Numbered from the stretch's first letter, positions 39,474-55,200 are shown. The stretch: DNA of 64,000 bases from Eledone cirrhosa (GCA_964016885.1 OZ024751.1:51274001-51338000), one strand, 5' to 3'. Notes: generated from the letters alone by a model not told the origin. Made by a program: numbers and translations.

Positions 39474-40532
39474 ATTGTGATAATAATAATAACAGATATG
39501 TGTAAATGGGCCTATATTTTGTAACCATTATATTTTGTGACACATTTCATATTATATTCGTGGGTCTTTGTGGACGATAAATAAAACATTATTAATGCTG
39601 TTAAATCTAAAATAAGATCTTGTTTGTAGGGTACTTCATATTTTTATAAATAGTTGGATATTACCAAATTAATATTACAACTTGTTTTGCCGTCACATGG
39701 TTTGTCAGGTAATCTGTGCTAGTTTCTAGCATACAATCTTCATAATTTTAAATCTTATAATTAATTATTTTTTTAAATCGATTTAATAATTCAGTAGCAT
39801 TTGAATTTTTAAATGCTGATCACCATCGCTCGCTGTGTGTATCTATCTATGAGTGTGTCTGTTTAAATGGTTTAATAAAACTTCATGTCCAAATTCTTTT
39901 GAAAATATTTTCAATTTAGATTTGTGAAAACAAACTATTTACACATTTTTTATGTAACTTATTTTTTTATCTCAATCTATTTTGCATGTCACCTATTTTA
40001 AAAATTGAACCTTTTCTTAGAAAATAAATGAAACTTGAAATGATTAATGAATAAAAATAATCGAATATATATATTCTCATTTTTAATTGCAATAAACAAT
40101 TTCCCACTACATGAGGTGTGGGAGCTTCTCTCTAATAATTCTTGAGGCATGTGTAGTTATGACAAAAAAAACAACTCATTTTAAGGGGAAATCAGTTTAA
40201 CAACCATTACATTTATATCATTAAGATAATTGAGATAGAAAACAAACATTCAATATTTATGAAAAAACTAATTGAGTAGTATCTAAAAAAACAAAACATA
40301 CTATTAAAGAGAACAAAAAATAAAGTAAAAAGAAAAAAAAGAAAAATACTGTGTATTATCACCATTTCAGGATACAGTTGTAAACATATTAATACAGTAA
40401 CTAAGTGGGTGTTTTCTCAGATAGAGACATAATGAATTTAAGTCTGTGTGTGTGTATTCAGTGTTATGGAATAGAGTTTTAAAAATCAAGCTTTTTGTTG
40501 AGAATATATTAAATACAGAATGATTTAGAATG

Positions 40533-40611
<79 letters not shown>

Positions 40612-40655
40612 TTACATATATATGTCTCAACTTTAAAATATATTTATATATATAC

Positions 40656-40714
<59 letters not shown>

Positions 40715-40725
40715 AGTATATATGT

Positions 40726-40800
<75 letters not shown>

Positions 40801-40811
40801 AGTATTTATGT

Positions 40812-40896
<85 letters not shown>

Positions 40897-40907
40897 AGTA
40901 TATATGT

Positions 40908-40946
<39 letters not shown>

Positions 40947-40950
40947 CTTG

Positions 40951-40982
<32 letters not shown>

Positions 40983-41128
40983 TATATATATTTTGGAATA
41001 AATGCTCTGAAATAGCGATATATATGTGAATATAGACATAGAATATTCGAAAATATTCTGTATGTTTATAATAAACATTTTGAAGACCTAATCGCTATAG
41101 AATAGAATACGTCACGTATTACAATTAG

Positions 41129-41217
41129 ATTCTCGATAAAAGCAAGGGAAGTAATCTACGCGTTTCATTCTTGTTAGAAATCATCAGGACTACATATCCA
41201 GTGCTTTTATCGAGAAT
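41129..41217 (-). ncRNA. Type I hammerhead ribozyme (mirror of 41347-41435)
   Basis: Exact reverse complement of the + strand motif. Confidence 0.72.
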
Positions 41218-41346
41218 GACACAGCTAGAGACTTATAGAATTTTCAGAGCATTTATTCCAATTTCTAATTTCTGCCGGACCGGCAACCGCTCTTTCAAAC
41301 CAGTTCCTGTACACAGCTAAGTATTCTATAAGTCTCTAGCTGTGTC

Positions 41347-41435
41347 ATTCTCGATAAAAGCACTGGATATGTAGTCCTGATGATTTCTAACAAGAATGAA
41401 ACGCGTAGATTACTTCCCTTGCTTTTATCGAGAAT
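41347..41435 (+). ncRNA. Minimal type I hammerhead with extended stem I
   Basis: Stem I GUAGUC/GAUUAC plus distal 16 bp AUUCUCGAUAAAAGCA/UGCUUUUAUCGAGAAU; CUGAUGA 41377-41383; UUC/GAA stem II closed by U-U; GAA-ACGCGU-A with palindromic stem III. Confidence 0.78.
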
Positions 41436-41572
41436 CTAATTGTAATACGTGACGTATTCTATTCTATAGCGATTAGGTCTTCAAAATGTTTATTATAAAC
41501 ATACAGAATATTTTCGAATATTCTATGTCTATATTCATATATATATTTATATATCTATATACATATATACAA

Positions 41573-41614
<42 letters not shown>

Positions 41615-41696
41615 TTGTATATATGTATATAGATATATAAATATATATATGAATATAGACATAGAATATTCGAAAATATTCTGTATGTTTATAATA

Positions 41697-41773
<77 letters not shown>

Positions 41774-41784
41774 ACATATATACT

Positions 41785-41825
<41 letters not shown>

Positions 41826-41869
41826 GTATATATATAAATATATTTTAAAGTTGAGACATATATATGTAA

Positions 41870-41942
<73 letters not shown>

Positions 41943-43539
41943 CATTCTAAATCATTCTGTATTTAATATATTCTCAACAAAAAGCTTGATTTTTAAAACT
42001 CTATTCCATAACACTGAATACACACACACAGACTTAAATTCATTATATATATATACTGTATATATTTGTATATATGGATATATATATCTATAAATATATA
42101 TATACTGTATATACTTGTATATATGTATATATATATCTATAAATATATATATATTCTTGTATATATGTATATATATATCTATAAATATATATATACTTGT
42201 ATATATGTGTATATATATCTGTAAATATATATATACTTGTATATATGTGTATATATATCTGTAAATATATATATACTTATATATATATATATATATATAT
42301 ACACTTGTATATATATTATGCCATATATCAAAATTAAAGATAGGATGGCCATATTACCGATTTATTGGAATCTGAAAAGAAGAAGGGGAGGAAGGAGGGA
42401 AAGAAGAACAAGTAAAAGAAGATGATGACAATGGTGTAGTTGTAGGAGGGAGGAAGGAAGGATGGAGAAGAATCGGGAAGAAAAGAAAGGATTGATGTAA
42501 TAAAGAATAAAGCAGGGATTGTGTATTTGTTGGAAACCTGTAGCCAACAATGAGAAGATGCTATTGTTCAACAATTTTGACATATAGATAGAGAAATGAA
42601 TTAATACAATGAGGCTTAAAGAAAGAAGGAGACAAGAGGGAAGAAGAAGAAGAAGAAGAAGAAGAAGACAAGCAAAAGGGAAGCAATAAAACACAGAAAC
42701 AGTACAATGGTGAATGGTGCAAATATGATGATGATGATGATAATAATAATATTGATAATAATAATGATATTGATAATAATAATAGTAACAATGATAATAA
42801 TGATAATAATAATGATGATGATGATATTGTAAAAGAATTTTTAAAGAATTAAATTGAATTAATAAGAGAAAAGTGGAAGAAGGGGTTATCGTGCTGTTGG
42901 TAGTGGTGGGAGGTGGCTGATAGAACCTGTAGAGCTGAATGTGGCAGTGGTGGTGGTGATGGTGGTGGCGGTGAAGAGGTGTAATAGTGAATAAAGCAGG
43001 TTGTTTCAATTGCAGTAGCAGGAATATAATGAAGCTGATGATTGTAACAGATTCTGTTGGTGGTGGAGAATATAATAATGATAAAAGGTGAGGGTGTAGC
43101 AAGAACAACAATGGTTGTTCTTGATGGTAATGTTGTTATTGTCAATGTTGTTTAGCCCCAAGTCAGCTCTGTTCTTGTAAACCTACGATTAATGTTTTAG
43201 TAAGTAGAAAAGAAGACAGGGCCCTGTTGTCATTGTAAATATGGCTATCGTCAATCTAAAGTAAAGAAAAATGTTGGTAGCAATTTTTAAATGTGTTCTC
43301 AATGTAAATTATGGTTACACAAGAAGTGCCATAGGGAAACTGACAGCAGACCTGCCAATTTCTAAAAACCCAAACAGAGAGTACCATGAAATGAGGCAAA
43401 ATGGGGAGATTTTACATAATGAAAGCTATACCCATTTTCATAATATGGTGGGAGATCTCCTTGTCAGATGGAGAGAGTTGACAGGTCTATGACAGAGAAG
43501 GTTGACTAGTTAATAGCCAGAACATTGGTCAAATAAGTT

Positions 43540-44140
43540 ATTTCTGATACTTGGAAGACTCCATAGAAGTAGCAGATAGCTTCTGTTATCTAGATGAGCT
43601 AATTAACAGCAGAGGTGAATGATCTAAAAGCATAGAAGCCATAGTAAGGGTGGAGTGGATGAAATTATTTGAAGGATTCGCACTTCAAATAAAGGAGAGA
43701 TTGTATAATGCTTGTGTATAAAGTGCAAGTTAGATAGTAGCAAAATATGGTCACTGCATCTAGGGAACATGCAAAGGCTGGAAAGAAATGCAGCAAACAT
43801 GCTCTGCTGAAAATGTAACATTAGTGTGTATAAAAAACAAGGTAAAAATGAAGTGACAGAAAAACTGGGTATAAGGAGAATGATAGGTTGCATGCTAAAG
43901 AGAAGACTGCACTGGTACAGACATGTAATGTGTATGGTTAAGTAAAGAAGTGCCAGAGATTTAAAGAGAAAGAAAGCCATGGAAGAAGAGAACCAAGAAA
44001 GACATGAGCAGAGGTGGGAAAAACTGATCAAAGAATGCCGAACTTCACAAATGTGATGAGAAAGGAATGCAACAAGTGATGAGATGGTGTGTTGGAGAGA
44101 TCACATCTCACTCATGCAAGCATGGAAAAGTGGATGAGAA
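43540..44140 (+). mobile_element. Highly degenerate RTE LINE 3' fragment
   Basis: atagaagtagcagatagcttctgttatcta (IEVADSFCYL); RLERNAANML; RRLHWYRHV; gcaagcatggaaaagtgg tail. Confidence 0.6.
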
Positions 44141-44164
44141 AATAGTGGTAATTGTGTGTGTATA

Positions 44165-44240
<76 letters not shown>

Positions 44241-44520
44241 CGTGTATGTATGATTTGAAATTTGAAATGCTGGAATCCATATGGAGAAATCACTATAAAT
44301 GACAATAGCATAAGAAAATTGGGTAAAAGGCTCTTAGGGAAAGAAAGAGTGACCAGCAACCCCTACAGATTATCAAATGGCCAGAATTCAAAAGGCACGT
44401 ACTTTGATTTGTTGTAGTGGCAGCTGGTCACGTTTTTCCTGTACTTAAAGCTATTTTACCCAATCTTTTAAAGTTACTATCTATTGTAGTGATTTTTGCA
44501 TTTAGAATTTAACATTTCAA

Positions 44521-44559
<39 letters not shown>

Positions 44560-44599
44560 AGAGGCCAGATTGTTGCAGCCAACTGGGCCCTCTCAAAGG

Positions 44600-45350
44600 A
44601 AATGTCAATAAAATGTGGCATGCTTCAGAGAACAATCTTGGGACCACTACTGGTGCCTCTCTCAGACTGCCTCCCTCACAAACTTTGCTGCTGATACAAA
44701 CGTAGCACAGGCAATCAACAAAACAGACTGATGCTATTCTCTTACAACACAGTTTAGATGCCATACACAAATGGGCTGAGGACAACATTATGCAATTTAA
44801 TGGCGAAAATGTCTAGTTCTCCACTATCAACCCACAAAGACAGGGTCTCTATAACAAAGGTACACCGAAACAGGAGGAATCAAAATCCCATGTAAAAATC
44901 AATATGGGACCTGGATATTGATATGATCAATAATGCATCATTTAAAGGACAGATCACCAAAATTATGGCATTGTGCAGATGGGTTGGGTTGGATTCTGAG
45001 GACTTCCAGGACCAGAGACAAGGAAACCCTGTTGGTCCTTTGAAGGACTTTTGTTCTCAGTTGACTGGACTATTACTCTCAGAACTTGAAGCAATCCAAT
45101 GAAACTACACTAAGAGGATTACCTCAATGAAAGAGATGAGCTCCTGGGAGAAGCTGAAATAAATAAATCTCTACTCCCTGGAGTCCAAAGATCCTGGAGA
45201 AGCTGGCACCAAACTTTGGCATTGAGACCAGCCCACGAACAAGACGCCTCTGTGTAGTGCCAAAGGTCCCATCCTTTACATCAAGAATAATTAGCAGATA
45301 CAACAATAGTCTGGAGTTCAAAGGCTCCCAGCTCTTTAATAAGCTTCCAA
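44600..45350 (+). pseudogene. Degenerate LINE RT C-terminal fragment (CR1/L2 group)
   Basis: LQHSLDAIHKWAEDNIMQFN; LEAIQ*NYTKRITSMKEMSSWEKLK*INLYSLE; many stops and frameshifts. Confidence 0.6.
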
Positions 45351-46119
45351 AAATTGTGTGTGTATATATTCATATATATATATACACACACACACACACA
45401 ATACTTGCTAGCAGGGAAAACAGACTTTAAATAACGATGATATATGTATATATGTTTGTATGTATATATACATCTGGTTCAATTATCCATCATGTATGTT
45501 GAATATAGTGTTTTATTTCACATATCAGTGTTTTATTTCACATACCAGTGCATATTGGTAGACATTGGTGCATATGCAATCCAACAGATGCAGAATAAAA
45601 GTTAAAAAAATATGGAAGGTAGATTGGGGAGTGAGAAGTTTTGGAAGTTGTAAATCAGGATGAAGTGTGTGTGTGTGTGGGGGGGGGGGAGTATTAAAAA
45701 AAAAATACTGAAACATTACTGACCTGATTCATCTGCAGAAGCACCATTAAGGGGTCCACGGTGATTTTGGTAAGGAGAGAGTGAGAGAGAGAGAGAGAAG
45801 ATGTCGGTCAAGAAACTAATTTGTGTCAAAGGTCAAAATTGGGATCTACATTCAACATACATATGTTCAACCTATAGGCATGTTACATACTCATACTGAT
45901 ACATGGCTTTACAAACACATACACATATAAAATTATCACAGACAAGTGAATGAAGGAAATGGAAATGAATTAATAGATAAGTATATATATAACTATATAT
46001 ACATTATATATATATATATATACACACATTATATATATATATACACATTATATATATATACACATTATATATATATATACACACATTATATATATATATA
46101 TATGTACGTATATATACAC

Positions 46120-46198
<79 letters not shown>

Positions 46199-46884
46199 TA
46201 TATATATATATTTATATATATATATACATTATATATATATGTGTGTGTGACCGATAACATTGTTAAAACTCAATGCAGCCTTCAAGAGATGGTTTCAACG
46301 AGATTAAGAGGTGAGAGCTATAGTTTTTGTAGTAGGCTCTCATCACATAAGGTTCCCTCAAAGAGATTCTATTTCAGCTACAGACTCATCTATATATATA
46401 TGTGTGTGTGTGTATAGTTTATTGTTTCTGAGAAAGACAGTGTAATGGGTCAGGGATTTTGAGACTAGAAATATGTAGTGACATAACCACTGCCCATTAG
46501 TCAATATTATCAATCTACCATGATCAAACAACCATCTGAAACGATCATAAACACAATGAAGTAATCAAGAACCTATCTTTGACTTTTATTTTATTTTCAT
46601 TGTTCAAAACACACACACATATATATATATGTCATTACCACAACAGAAGTCCGGCTAGATTGATACAGATTGAACCTTGAGCTGATCAATAGCAAAACGC
46701 CTGTCACTACTCAATAAACGTAATGAAGAGACATAACAAATCGTCCTTTTTATTATTATTATTATTATTACACTCTGCTTAGTACTACACTTCTATACTT
46801 ACTGGAAACTATGCATCGAGTGTTCACTCTGGTGAACCTACATTAAGTGGACATTACAAACCCTAAATTTAGATAGATAGATAG

Positions 46885-46941
<57 letters not shown>

Positions 46942-47843
46942 GATGGGCTGTCACATTATGAAGCTAGACAGGCTGGGTGATCACATTTGTTTTTTTTTTA
47001 CAGTTGGCTGTCTTTCCTTATGCCAACCACTTTCCAACATGTACTGGACCCTGTTTTTTGTTTCACCCAAACTAACACCTTCATATATATATATTTATTT
47101 ATTTATATATGCATATACATGCACACTAAAATTGTAGAAGAAAAGGTATGTTCCATGAAATCTAAATTTTGATTTTCAATTTAGTCAACACGACAAGTAA
47201 GACCAAAAGAAATAATTTAGTATGAATGTAAAGTGTTTTGTTCACTGCTTTTTCAATTTACCTTTAAAAAAGGTAATATTTTCCCCAAACCCAGAGCTCA
47301 ACAAGCCAGATCTGAACCTGGTTTCATTGCGGTACAGTAATTGTGAGTACAAGATTTCCCCTGGATAGAATGCCAATACATTGTAGGGTTAATGACCAGC
47401 TTCTGCTGTTGTTACTAATTTTCACCTCAGGGGACTAGAGCAGTATGAAATGAAGTGTTTTGCTCAGAACAAAACATGCTACATAATCCAGAAATCAAAC
47501 CCATGACATAAGTCCAATATAAGTTACCTTTAATAAGGTCCTAATTACAACAGTCTAAGATTTCTATAGTATATGTTCAGGTAGAATATTACAAGATATA
47601 GTGCAATTAATTATTTTACTCATATTCTTTTGGAATATATAAATGTATATGATGTGAGATACTTACAAGATCTAATTAATGGAAAAACTTTGTAATTAAT
47701 AATTAGAATTATTAAAGTATGGAACTCACTCACATTCACTCTCTTTCTCCTCATATATATATATATATATATATACATATATTATATATATATATATTCA
47801 TGTATTATATATATATATAGATATATATATATATATATTCATG

Positions 47844-47890
<47 letters not shown>

Positions 47891-47892
47891 TT

Positions 47893-47920
<28 letters not shown>

Positions 47921-47930
<10 letters not shown>

Positions 47931-48858
47931 GAAATGACAGGAGGCTGGATTTGTGTAAATCCTTGAAAGGTTTATTATACTATGATCATTTAAATTTTCT
48001 AACCTCTTTAATATTGAATATTGATTATTAATTTTTTTAACTTCATCCTAGAAGTCTAAACACTGTAAAACACTGACTCCCAATATATTCATCTCCGCTA
48101 AGATGCGGGTCCCTGCGAAAATTTTCTCGTGCCACTCCTGGCTTGACTGTGGTCTGACATTAATATCGACCTTTCTTCCTCTTCCTTTCTATCTTCCTTC
48201 TTGTAGCCATCAACCCTTACTTTTCTACTTCTCTCTTCCCTTCCTTCTCTCCTCTCCTCCTCCCGCAGACTTATCTTCCTTCCCCCTCTTGCTTGCCTAT
48301 ATCTGATCAGTAGTAGTTACCTTCCTCTTTTAGCTGACATTAACCCTGACTTCTCTTCTTCTTTCTTCCCCCTTCTTCTCCTTCCTTTCTTTCTTTCTTT
48401 TACCTTGTGTCATGGGATCGACGTTAACCTATGCTCCCATCTCTTTCTGTTTTCGTTCATCTGACCGGTAGTAGCATACTATAAAATTTAGCCACGTCAC
48501 TCCAGGGCGACCGGCTGAGGTTGAAGGAACAGAATAGCGGTCGCCCTCGGGTCTCGATTTTCAGCCCCATGGATTTTACCTATTACATTCACGTATTATA
48601 TTTCGAATACCTGATGATATCACCGGATTCATACGGAACCCGGTCATTGAAATGATCATAGTATAATAAACCTTTCAAGGATTTACACAAATCCAGCCTC
48701 CTGTCATTTCATTATAATATTTAACTCCGTAATAGCACCACCAACTACAAAAACAAAGACGGTTGAACTGCTTTACGTTGAGTACTCTCTATATTATTGC
48801 ATTACGATTGACCATACGGAATAGACCAGCTCTATACAGTGGTGAACCTCAAACCTGA

Positions 48859-48860
<2 letters not shown>
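47921..48860. mobile_element. (TA)n-embedded insert with a 71-bp inverted 5' arm and a hammerhead
   Basis: 47921-47991 is the inverse of 48650-48720; pyrimidine-rich body; tail to (TA)n at about 48861. Confidence 0.72.
48607..48664 (+). ncRNA. Type I hammerhead ribozyme
   Basis: Stem I AUAC/GUAU; CUGAUGA 48611-48617; stem II ACCGG/CCGGU plus UUC/GAA; GAAA 48649-48652; palindromic AUGAUCAU; AUA site. Confidence 0.75.
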
Positions 48861-48928
<68 letters not shown>

Positions 48929-48993
48929 TCATGTATTATATATATATATATATTCATGTATTGTATATATATATATAAATATATATATATATA

Positions 48994-49038
<45 letters not shown>

Positions 49039-49703
49039 TATATATATATAATACATGTATATATATATATATATATATTACATGAATATATATATATATA
49101 TATATAATACATGAATATATATATATATATATGTATATATAATACATGAATATATATATATAATACATGAATATATATATATAATACATGAATATATATA
49201 TATAATACATGAATATATATATATAATACATGAATATATATATATATATAATACATGTATATATATATATAATACATGAATATATATATATATAAAATAC
49301 ATGTATATATATATAATACATGAATATATATATAATACATGAATATATATATATATAATACATTAATATATATATATATAATACATGAATATATATATAA
49401 TACATGAATATATATATATATAATACATGAATATATATATATATATATATATATATAATACATGAATATATATATATAATACATGAATATATATATATAT
49501 ATATATATGAAATACATGAATATATATATACACATAAATACAGAGCAACAGGGAATATATATAAACATGTGTATGTATATCTTTTATATGTAAGGTTCAG
49601 ACAACCATAAATGAACATGCGTGCAAAGATTAACATATATTATATGCATATGTAGGTATATTAACATCTGTGTGCATTTGTGTGTGTGTGTATCTATGTG
49701 TAT

Positions 49704-49736
<33 letters not shown>

Positions 49737-49856
49737 TTATAAATTTATATATATATATAATATATATATAAATATATATATATTTAATATATATATATTT
49801 ATAAATATATATATATATAATATATATATATTTATAAATATATATATATATAATAT

Positions 49857-49888
<32 letters not shown>

Positions 49889-49939
49889 ATATATATATAT
49901 TTATAAATATATATATATATAATATATATATATATTACT

Positions 49940-50010
<71 letters not shown>

Positions 50011-50098
50011 GTATATATAATATATATTTATAAATATATATATATATATATAATATATATTTATAAATATATAATATATATTTATAAATATATATATC

Positions 50099-50131
<33 letters not shown>

Positions 50132-50179
50132 TTTATAAATATATAATATATATTTACAAATATATATATATATATATTT

Positions 50180-50262
<83 letters not shown>

Positions 50263-50526
50263 ATATATATTTATCAATATATATATATATATTTATAAAT
50301 ATATATATATATTTATATATATATAATATATATTTATAAATATATATATATTATATATATATTTATAAATATATATTTATAATATATATATATTTATAAA
50401 TATATATATAATATATATATATTTATAAATATATATATAATATATATATATTTACAAATATATATATAATATATATATATTTATAAATATATATATAATA
50501 TACATTTATAAATATATATATAATAT

Positions 50527-50572
<46 letters not shown>

Positions 50573-50684
50573 AATATATATATATATAATATATAATATA
50601 TATTTATAAATATATATATATATAATATATATATATATATATAATATATATTTATAAATATATATATATATAATATATATTTAT

Positions 50685-50756
<72 letters not shown>

Positions 50757-50939
50757 TATATATATATATATATATATAATATATATATATTTATTAATGT
50801 ATATATATATTTATAAATATATATATATATAATATATATATATTTATTAATGTATATATATATAATATATATATATAATATATATATATTTAATATATAT
50901 TTATAAATATATATATAATATATATATATTTATTAATGT

Positions 50940-50971
<32 letters not shown>

Positions 50972-51228
50972 ATATATATATATAATATATATTTATAAAT
51001 ATATATATATATATATAATTATAAATATATATATATATAATATATATATATTTATAAATATATATATAATATATATATATTTATAAATATATATATATAT
51101 ATATATATATAATTATAAATATATATATATAATATATATATATTTATAAATATATATATAATATATATATATAATATATATATATTTATAAATATATATA
51201 TAATAGATATATATAATATATATATATT

Positions 51229-51261
<33 letters not shown>

Positions 51262-51271
51262 TATATAATAT

Positions 51272-51316
<45 letters not shown>

Positions 51317-51430
51317 TATATATATATTATATATATATATATATTATATATATATATATTATATATATATATATATATATAATATATATATATATAATAT
51401 ATATATATATAATATATATATATATATAAT

Positions 51431-51462
<32 letters not shown>

Positions 51463-51468
51463 ATATAT

Positions 51469-51511
<43 letters not shown>

Positions 51512-51523
51512 TATATATAATAT

Positions 51524-51576
<53 letters not shown>

Positions 51577-51678
51577 TATATATAAAATATATAATTTTTT
51601 TATATATATATATAAAATATATATATAATATATATATATATAAAATATATATATATATATATAATATATTTATATATT

Positions 51679-51712
<34 letters not shown>

Positions 51713-51714
51713 AT

Positions 51715-51746
<32 letters not shown>

Positions 51747-51868
51747 ATATATATATATATATATAATATATATATATTTATAAATATATATATATATAAT
51801 AGATATATATATAATATATATATATTTATAAATATATATATATATAATAGATATATATAATATATATA

Positions 51869-51917
<49 letters not shown>

Positions 51918-51927
51918 TATATAATAT

Positions 51928-51986
<59 letters not shown>

Positions 51987-52052
51987 ATATATATATATAT
52001 AATATATATATATATAATATATATATATATATATAATATATATATATATATA

Positions 52053-52092
<40 letters not shown>

Positions 52093-52222
52093 TATATATA
52101 ATATATATATATATAATATATATATATAATATATATATATATAAAATATATATATAATATTTATATATATATAAAATATATATATAATATATATATATAT
52201 AAAATATATATATATATATAAT

Positions 52223-52265
<43 letters not shown>

Positions 52266-52275
52266 TAATATATAT

Positions 52276-52309
<34 letters not shown>

Positions 52310-52551
52310 ATATATATAATATATATATATTTGTAAATATATATATAATATATATATATTTATAAATATATATATAATATATATTTATAAATATATATAT
52401 AATATATATATATTTATAAATATATATATAATATATATATATTTATAAATATATATATAATATATATATTTCTAAATATATATATAATATATATATATTT
52501 ATAAATATATATATATATATAATATATATATATTTATAAATATATATATAT

Positions 52552-52597
<46 letters not shown>

Positions 52598-52661
52598 TAT
52601 ATAATATATATATCTAATATATATATATATTTATATATATTTATAAATATATATATATATG

Positions 52662-52693
<32 letters not shown>

Positions 52694-52747
52694 ACATATA
52701 TATACATATATATACATATATATAAATATATATATAATATATATATG

Positions 52748-52811
<64 letters not shown>

Positions 52812-52827
52812 TATAAATATATTTATA

Positions 52828-52864
<37 letters not shown>

Positions 52865-52920
52865 TAATATATATATGTATATATATATTATATATATATA
52901 TATAATATATATATATATAA
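48861..52920. repeat. About 4 kb of interrupted (TA)n; 49710-52640 almost free of G/C
   Basis: Direct reading. Confidence 0.95.
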
Positions 52921-53488
52921 CAGTTGCATATGCATGAATTAATAGGGAAGAATTTCACAATATAAAAAAATTGCATATTTCACACAACATGCTGTCCAAA
53001 CTTTCGTATGTGTGTTTGTGTGTCTATATATATATATATATACATCCATATATATATGCATAAATGTATAGATATATGTATACATGTATACATATATGCA
53101 TATGTATACATGTATATGCATATGTCTACATGTATATATATATGTATAGATGTATAAGCCAAATACCTTTATTCATAGATATTTTTCGGCATGCAATCCA
53201 CAAAAATGACAACTTAAAAATAATAAAATTTTGCACATATCCATGCTTGTTTTCACTACAAGCATATAATACATAACATACATACATATGTACACACATA
53301 CAATCACACACATACCACAATAATTCTTTGCATATATACATGCTTGTTTTCACTACAAGCATATAGTACATACATACATACACTCACTCATATATATATA
53401 TATACACTCATATATATAAACATACATACATACATACAATAATAAAATTGCTTGTTTTCACTACAAGGATATAATAATAATACACACA

Positions 53489-53529
<41 letters not shown>

Positions 53530-53822
53530 CTCTTCAGTCACAACTCCATGTTAATATATATTTGCTTGTTTTATATCGTTTACATTGGATCATTGTTTTG
53601 TTTTCTTTTGTTTTCTAGCATTTTCCTTCCTTTTTTTTTTATAACTTTCATCTATCATTGCATTCTACTTGTGATGTTTGCATCAGTTTTCACCCATAAA
53701 AAACACACACACCATTCCATACATGTAAACATTCGCCTTGTACAACAACAACATAAATTACAGCATAATCATCCAACAATAACTTTAATAAGGACATAAA
53801 AAAATAAAATGATTACATCACC

Positions 53823-53865
<43 letters not shown>

Positions 53866-54041
53866 GTAACAAATAGCAGCAACAATAACAACAGTGATAA
53901 AAAGAATAATTTTCAGCATTTCATTTCAAGAAAAAGAAAATGCTTGATGCGGAATGATATCTAATATGCAAAACATCAAATAATAATAAAGATATGTCTT
54001 TTGGCAATAACAACCATAGTAGTAGTAGTAGTAGTAATAAC

Positions 54042-54088
<47 letters not shown>

Positions 54089-54726
54089 TTTCTTTAATGG
54101 CCACAAGGGCTGACATCAAGAAAAACAATAATAATAATGATAATAATAATAATAATAATGACAGTAATAATAAAAGTAAGCTAAATAATAATAATATTGA
54201 TAATAGTAATAATAACAATAATTGACCACAACACCTGTTACAACAGCGACAACAACAATAACAATATCCATTATGCTAACAACTGTGATATCCAGAAAAG
54301 AATATGTTATTTGCACAGAATAACATTTTAAAAATATCTTTCTCTTTTTTTTTTCCAAAAGTGATGCAAAAAAAATATATATATATATATATAATAAATA
54401 TAATAATATTAGTAATAATTTGAGAAAAAAAAAAGAATGAAAGTAATGAAAGAATATGAAAGAGAAATGGTATTTTTCTCAAAGAACATGCTAGTTAGAG
54501 AGTTTTTAAAAATAATGTCAGAAAGAAGCTTTGACACTGACCTGTAGCATCTGAAGGAGATGAAAGGGGAGAGAGAGAGAGAGATAGAGAGGAACACATA
54601 TAGATATGAAAAATGAGAAAGAGAATGAATTAATGAAAGAAAGGGAGAGAGAGAGATATATGAGAGATAGAGAGAGAGAGAAATAATAAAATTGTTGTAG
54701 TTTTAAAAACATTATTATTATTATTA

Positions 54727-55045
54727 TTAACTTTGCCTTTCATCCTTACGGGGTCGATAAAATAAAGTACCAGTAATGTACTGGGTAATTGCTGGCCTTG
54801 TGCCAAAAGTAGAAACAATTTTTATTATTATTAAGTAGATTGGCAGTATTGGTAGAGGGTCGGACACCATGCTTTGAAGCATAGAGTTATGCCCCTTTAT
54901 GGTCTGAGTTCAAATCCCACCGACTTTAGCTTTGCCTTTCATCCTTATGTGGTCGATGAAATAAAGTACCAGTAATGCACTCGGTTCGATTTAATTGATT
55001 TTCCCCTCCCCTGAATGTGTTGGCCTTGTGTCTAAATTAGAAATA
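54727..55045 (+). mobile_element. Two tandem SINE family A copies
   Basis: 3' half at 54727-54820; full copy at 54836-55045. Confidence 0.8.
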
Positions 55046-55072
55046 TATATATTTGAGGGAAAGAAAAAGAAT

Positions 55073-55156
<84 letters not shown>

Positions 55157-55200
55157 TATATGTATGTATATGTATATATATGTGTGTGTGTGTGTGTGTG

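Larger units (their letters stand above)
40429..42046. repeat. Nested inverted repeats: outer arms about 40429-40740 and 41758-42046, inner arms 41027-41241 and 41323-41537
   Basis: Direct reverse-complement reading; extra partial copies at about 40994-41010 vs 41242-41261, and at 41649-41701. Confidence 0.8.

Noticed and set aside
17071-41537. All palindromes as sequencing or assembly chimeras
   Set aside because: Most arms differ by substitutions or indels, and families recur with different junctions; still not excluded for near-perfect cases such as 17928-18356
46278-46353. Minus-strand GTGATGA...GAAA..TC motif
   Set aside because: C3 is mutated and stem II is not adjacent to GAAA; at best a decayed remnant
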